Assembly (NCBI GenBank): GCA_963665665.1
Contig: OY762428.1
Coordinates: forward strand, 1,248,001 to 1,312,000
Reading direction: 5' to 3'
Length of the DNA: 64,000 nt
Source of the DNA: Candidatus Kapaibacterium sp.
GTDB lineage: Bacteria; Bacteroidota; Ignavibacteria; Kapaibacteriales; UBA2268
Position numbers and translations under genes: made by a program. This document shows positions 60,253 through 64,000 of the stretch, piece after piece. The notes beneath the pieces were generated by a model that was not told the DNA's origin, did not search any database, and worked only from the letters and a program-made list of their open reading frames with translations. Position 1 is the stretch's first letter. The number at the start of each line of letters is the position of its first letter.

Positions 60253-61572
60253 TCAGGGAAACAGTTCCAATTGGATACCAAAATCTTTCAAGGATTCAAT
60301 TACACCTGCTTTTGCTTCAGGAAGTTCGCCCCAATTGGTTGTATATCTGCCCGAGAGTTTGTCCCGGCGCATATTCCAGTTCCTGCCGGTGCCGGATGAA
60401 GCGTGAAAAATCGTTTCCCTGCCATAGATTGCATTTACTTTATCCACAATTTCTGTTATACGTGCCATTCTTTTCCTGTCCTCTGTTTCAAAAAGGGACA
60501 TCTGCGAACTGTCGTGCGGCACAAGGCCGCTAAGCATAACGCCCACTTTCTGGTATTCATATCCTTCCCGGTATATCTGTTCCAGGGATTTCATCGCATA
60601 AAACAGCAATTCGGAAGTTGAAGATGCCGGAACAGGCATCTGTGCCTGGCAGCCATTGTGGTACTGAGGTTTTTCCTTGCGGAATGGGTTGGTTCGCAGG
60701 AAAACAGCAAGCAATGTGGCTGCTGATTTTTGCTGACGCATCTTTTCTGCTGCTTTGCTTGTGAATAATGAAATGGCTTCTTTCAAATCATTCAATTCTG
60801 TTACATACCTGCCAAATGACCGGGAGGATACAATAGCTTTTTTTGCAGGGGGTGTATATTCCATTTCAATACATGATATTCCCCGTAATTCCAGTACTGT
60901 TCTTAAACCCATAACCGTCATTTTCTTTTTTACCCAGTATTCGTTTGCTTTGGAAAGCTCCCAGGCATTATTTATTCCGTTCTTGTTCAATAGTTTAGAA
61001 TATTGCCTTCCTATTCCCCAAACATCCGAAACATCTGTCCATTTCAGATATTTGTCTATATCCGGGGCATCCGAAATATTGAGCGCTCCATTGCATTCGG
61101 GATGTTTCTTCGCATAGCGGTTGGCGATTTTAGCAAGTGTTTTCGTCCGGGCAACTCCCACTGAAACCGGTATGCCCGTCCAGCGATAGACGGTTTCGCG
61201 GATTTCGCTGGCATAATCATCAAGGTTTCCGTTTATACCCTCCAGGCTTACAAAGGCTTCATCTATAGAATATATTTCCACATCAGGTGAAAACTGTTCC
61301 AGGGTATCCATTACTCTTCGCGACATATCTCCGTAAAGAGTATAATTTGAAGAAAATACCCTTACATCATGTTTTTTTATAAAGGGTTTGATCTTGAAAA
61401 GCGGCTCACCCATTTTAACGCCAATTTCCTTAGCCTCATTCGACCGTGCAATGATCATACCGTCATTATTTGAAAGGACAACAATAGGCTTGTTCCTGAG
61501 CGCCGGGTTGAAAACCCTTTCGCAGGAAGCATAAAAATTATTGCAGTCAACAAGGGCTACAGGTCCTTTCAT
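60253..61572 (-). CDS. umuC: Y-family DNA polymerase, UmuC-like
   Basis: ALVDCNNFYASCE, LSNNDG, YSIDEAF, SRSFG, C-terminal W.MRR..LS..YTT.W.ELP. Confidence 0.9.
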   Translation of the reverse strand: MKGPVALVDCNNFYASCERVFNPALRNKPIVVLSNNDGMIIARSNEAKEIGVKMGEPLFKIKPFIKKHDVRVFSSNYTLYGDMSRRVMDTLEQFSPDVEIYSIDEAFVSLEGINGNLDDYASEIRETVYRWTGIPVSVGVARTKTLAKIANRYAKKHPECNGALNISDAPDIDKYLKWTDVSDVWGIGRQYSKLLNKNGINNAWELSKANEYWVKKKMTVMGLRTVLELRGISCIEMEYTPPAKKAIVSSRSFGRYVTELNDLKEAISLFTSKAAEKMRQQKSAATLLAVFLRTNPFRKEKPQYHNGCQAQMPVPASSTSELLFYAMKSLEQIYREGYEYQKVGVMLSGLVPHDSSQMSLFETEDRKRMARITEIVDKVNAIYGRETIFHASSGTGRNWNMRRDKLSGRYTTNWGELPEAKAGVIESLKDFGIQLELFP

Positions 61573-62018
61573 TAAGTTTTGCCTTTGGTTTTTTAATTAA
61601 ATAAGTATACTCTGGATAAAAAAATGAAATCAATAATAAATTCAAATGTTCCCGATAAATGGCATCCCTGAAAAAGATACCTGAAAAAAAAGACGGCACA
61701 GTATCCGGAATATTAAAACGGCATCTGTTTCAGGTTTTTGTCAGTGCCGCTAATTCAACGGGAATTTATTAAATTTTTACAAAAACCAGTACAAAAATAC
61801 TAAAAAACAATTACGCCAACAGGTATCATTCTATAATGTATCACGATATTCATGCACTGAGGGACGAAATTAAAATCCAGATAGTCATCAATTGTAATGA
61901 TTAAGTTCCCAAATTCAAATACGAAATGGTTCAACTTGGCAGGCTTATTAAATTTGTGGGCCGCAAATATTATTCATCAATTTTATGATCAGTTAAATTC
62001 AGTGCATATTGGTACAAA

Positions 62019-62681
62019 TCAAAATCTGAAACCAATGTTAATACCCATAATTAAGCTGCTTCTGTTTCCTTCCAATGCCATCCTGTAACCGATACGGGGC
62101 ATAAAAATGAACTTTTTGGATCTGCCGATTGCCGCTCCTACGCCAAATTCAGAACAATGAGTTCCAACACCTTTGTTATATTCAATTCCGAGAAAATTCA
62201 TGTACGGATGCACCGAATAGTCATCGTTAAGATTGATATTTACCGTCACTCCCTCGGGAAGTATCATAAAACAAACAGCAAGAATTGCCCCGACAGCAGA
62301 AATTTCATTCCGGGCTTCACACTCACTTTCATACTCATCATCGCTGTAATATTCGTCGTCGTCGTCATCATTCGTTCTATAATCGCCTATTGATTCAAAA
62401 AGATGTAAGCCGTAAACCGGGCCTGCAAAAACATGAGTAACATTTCCAATATCCGGAATTTTGGCAAAAGATACAGTATAGTTCAGGCTTAAAGCTTCGA
62501 AAAGATCATACCGGATGCTTAAGCCAAAGAAATTTGCACCTTCCGGGCCGTAAGAAGGGCATCTGCTGTAGGTAAAGGAAAAAGTCCATTTAGTCGAATC
62601 AGAATTTTTCACTGATGTTGATTCCTGTGAAAACATTTCTGAAGGTATCAATATTATCATAGCAATTACAACAAATCTCAT
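62019..62681 (-). CDS. Exported, probable small outer-membrane beta-barrel protein (paralog 1)
   Basis: Signal peptide, alternating pattern, C-terminal F; shares HVFAGPV, PEGVT, LNDDYS, MP..GYR with 62962-63573. Confidence 0.7.
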   Translation of the reverse strand: MRFVVIAMIILIPSEMFSQESTSVKNSDSTKWTFSFTYSRCPSYGPEGANFFGLSIRYDLFEALSLNYTVSFAKIPDIGNVTHVFAGPVYGLHLFESIGDYRTNDDDDDEYYSDDEYESECEARNEISAVGAILAVCFMILPEGVTVNINLNDDYSVHPYMNFLGIEYNKGVGTHCSEFGVGAAIGRSKKFIFMPRIGYRMALEGNRSSLIMGINIGFRF

Positions 62682-62864
62682 TTTTCTCTCCTTTTAATGA
62701 TTCAGCTCAGAGTAAAAAATCGATAGTACCGTTATTTCAGAAAATTGTTGATATATTCCAATATCTGATATTTCAATAATGCCGGGCTTTTACTCAAAAT
62801 CTGACATACTGTTAAATTTTCAAAACCGGCGATGCCTCTTTATTATGAATTTTTGCTATTTTGG

Positions 62865-62958
62865 GTTCTGAACAAAGTGAAAAATCTGCTATCCATGCAG
62901 GTTTTAGACTCTTCGCTGCTTTCAGAGTGGCAACATTGTCAGCTTATGAGACAGCCTC
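62865..62958. repeat. Degenerate GTCATTCTGA/TCAGAATGAC-type palindrome with a possible IS-type end TTATGAGACAGCCTC
   Basis: TTCTGAAC..GTGAAAAATCT..AGACTCTTCGC..TTCAGAG resembles 34041-34132. Confidence 0.45.
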
Positions 62959-62961
62959 AAT

Positions 62962-63573
62962 TTAAAACTTATAACCAAATTCAACCCCTAAAACCACGCT
63001 TCCGGTTATTCCCTCGTAGAAGAACCTGTAGCCGGCTTTGGGCATAATCAAAAAATTCTTTGTTTTCCCAATAGTTCCTCCAAGGCCAATTTCAGAACTC
63101 ATCAACCATCGCTCGTTATAGTATTCGTAACCCAAAAGATTGATATATGGATTAAGTGAATAATCATCGTTCATATCTAAGTTAAAAGTTACGCCTTCGG
63201 GTATTAGCAAAAACAAAATCGATCCTGCTTTGATAGCGTTGAGAAAATCAATTGCTGCATTTTCCCCGTCATTACTTTCAATTGAACTGATAAGGTTATA
63301 ACTCCATACCGGGCCTGCAAAAACATGAGCCAGGGATCCGATTTCCGAAGAACTGCCAAAAGATAATGAGTAATTCAGGCTGACAAATTTCGTCAAATCG
63401 AATTTCATGTTAATGCCGAACATATTTGAACCGCCGTTTTCATAGCCGGGAAAATGGTTATAGGTTAGGCTAAGTGAAAAGCGTTGCCAGTCTTCCTTTT
63501 CAATGTATTCCATTTCCTGGGAATATAGCTGCGTTGAAAGCAATATAACAATTGAAATTATGGCGTATCTCAT
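62962..63573 (-). CDS. Exported, probable small outer-membrane beta-barrel protein (paralog 2)
   Basis: Tandem paralog of 62019-62681. Confidence 0.7.
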   Translation of the reverse strand: MRYAIISIVILLSTQLYSQEMEYIEKEDWQRFSLSLTYNHFPGYENGGSNMFGINMKFDLTKFVSLNYSLSFGSSSEIGSLAHVFAGPVWSYNLISSIESNDGENAAIDFLNAIKAGSILFLLIPEGVTFNLDMNDDYSLNPYINLLGYEYYNERWLMSSEIGLGGTIGKTKNFLIMPKAGYRFFYEGITGSVVLGVEFGYKF

Positions 63574-63812
63574 ATCTTATCTCCGTTCAAGTTTATTAAT
63601 AATACTTCCCAAACGAATAAAAAGTTTCAGAAATAATTAATTTTATTGAATTATAAAAACTACCACCATTACTGAAGGGATGAAAACTATTCAGGAATTA
63701 CATATAATATTGCAAAATACAGCAATTAATTAAAATAACAATGGAGATAAAAGTTGGAATATATACAAACACAACTTGCCGGGAAATCCGTTTTTAAAGC
63801 TAACTTTAGGGT

Positions 63813-63998
63813 TCATACCCGAGAATCACGAAACATATTATCCAGGGATTCTGTCAGGGCATCCCAGTTATAATTATTTTCAACAAACTCTCTGCCTTTA
63901 CGTGCAATTTCGGCAGCAAAATCCTTATTGCATAGCAGGTAGTTAATTAGCTTAGCATAATCTGCCGGAGTTTTTCCGATTAATATTTCTTTTCCGTC
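63813..63998 (-). CDS. C-terminal fragment of a GT4-type glycosyltransferase (runs off window end)
   Basis: Hand translation DGKEILIG..A.EIARKGREFVENNYNW..*. Confidence 0.7.
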   Translation of the reverse strand, partial: DGKEILIGKTPADYAKLINYLLCNKDFAAEIARKGREFVENNYNWDALTESLDNMFRDSRV

Positions 63999-64000
63999 TA

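Noticed and set aside
1-64000. tRNA/rRNA genes, integrase, reverse transcriptase or prophage
   Set aside because: None recognised by eye; tRNAscan, Infernal and HMM scans would be needed to exclude them fully.

Overview
This is a low-GC bacterial chromosomal segment. Several type IX secretion (T9SS) C-terminal domains, TAnnTTTG promoter motifs and the gene content suggest the Bacteroidota/Chlorobiota supergroup, probably an Ignavibacteria/Kapabacteria-like organism (inference). The backbone is mostly housekeeping: holB-ricT, a fused E1 2-oxoacid dehydrogenase, a metal-uptake TonB-dependent receptor operon, an Rrf2-sufBCDSU-DUF59 operon, an ADP-forming acyl-CoA synthetase, lon, punA/yggS, purF, an MBOAT pair, rho and an orphan umuC-like polymerase. 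A qmoA-qmoB operon has no neighbouring aprBA, qmoC or hdrBC and is followed instead by a 779-aa helical-repeat gene. The most unusual signal is non-coding. A family of 1.5-2.3 kb composite 'foldback' islands (about 11030-13310, 32660-34212 and 43282-45298, plus an array-less remnant at 58140-58430) consists of two head-to-head, mutually homologous 21-bp tandem arrays in register around a dyad. One copy has a self-inverted AT-rich core and another has a 42-bp higher-order repeat. All three share an ungapped 144-bp block and a fixed set of several REP-like palindrome families. A separate 21-bp array lies at 694-918. No transposase, CRISPR-Cas, tRNA or rRNA gene was recognised. Alignments and counts were done by eye and need computational confirmation.
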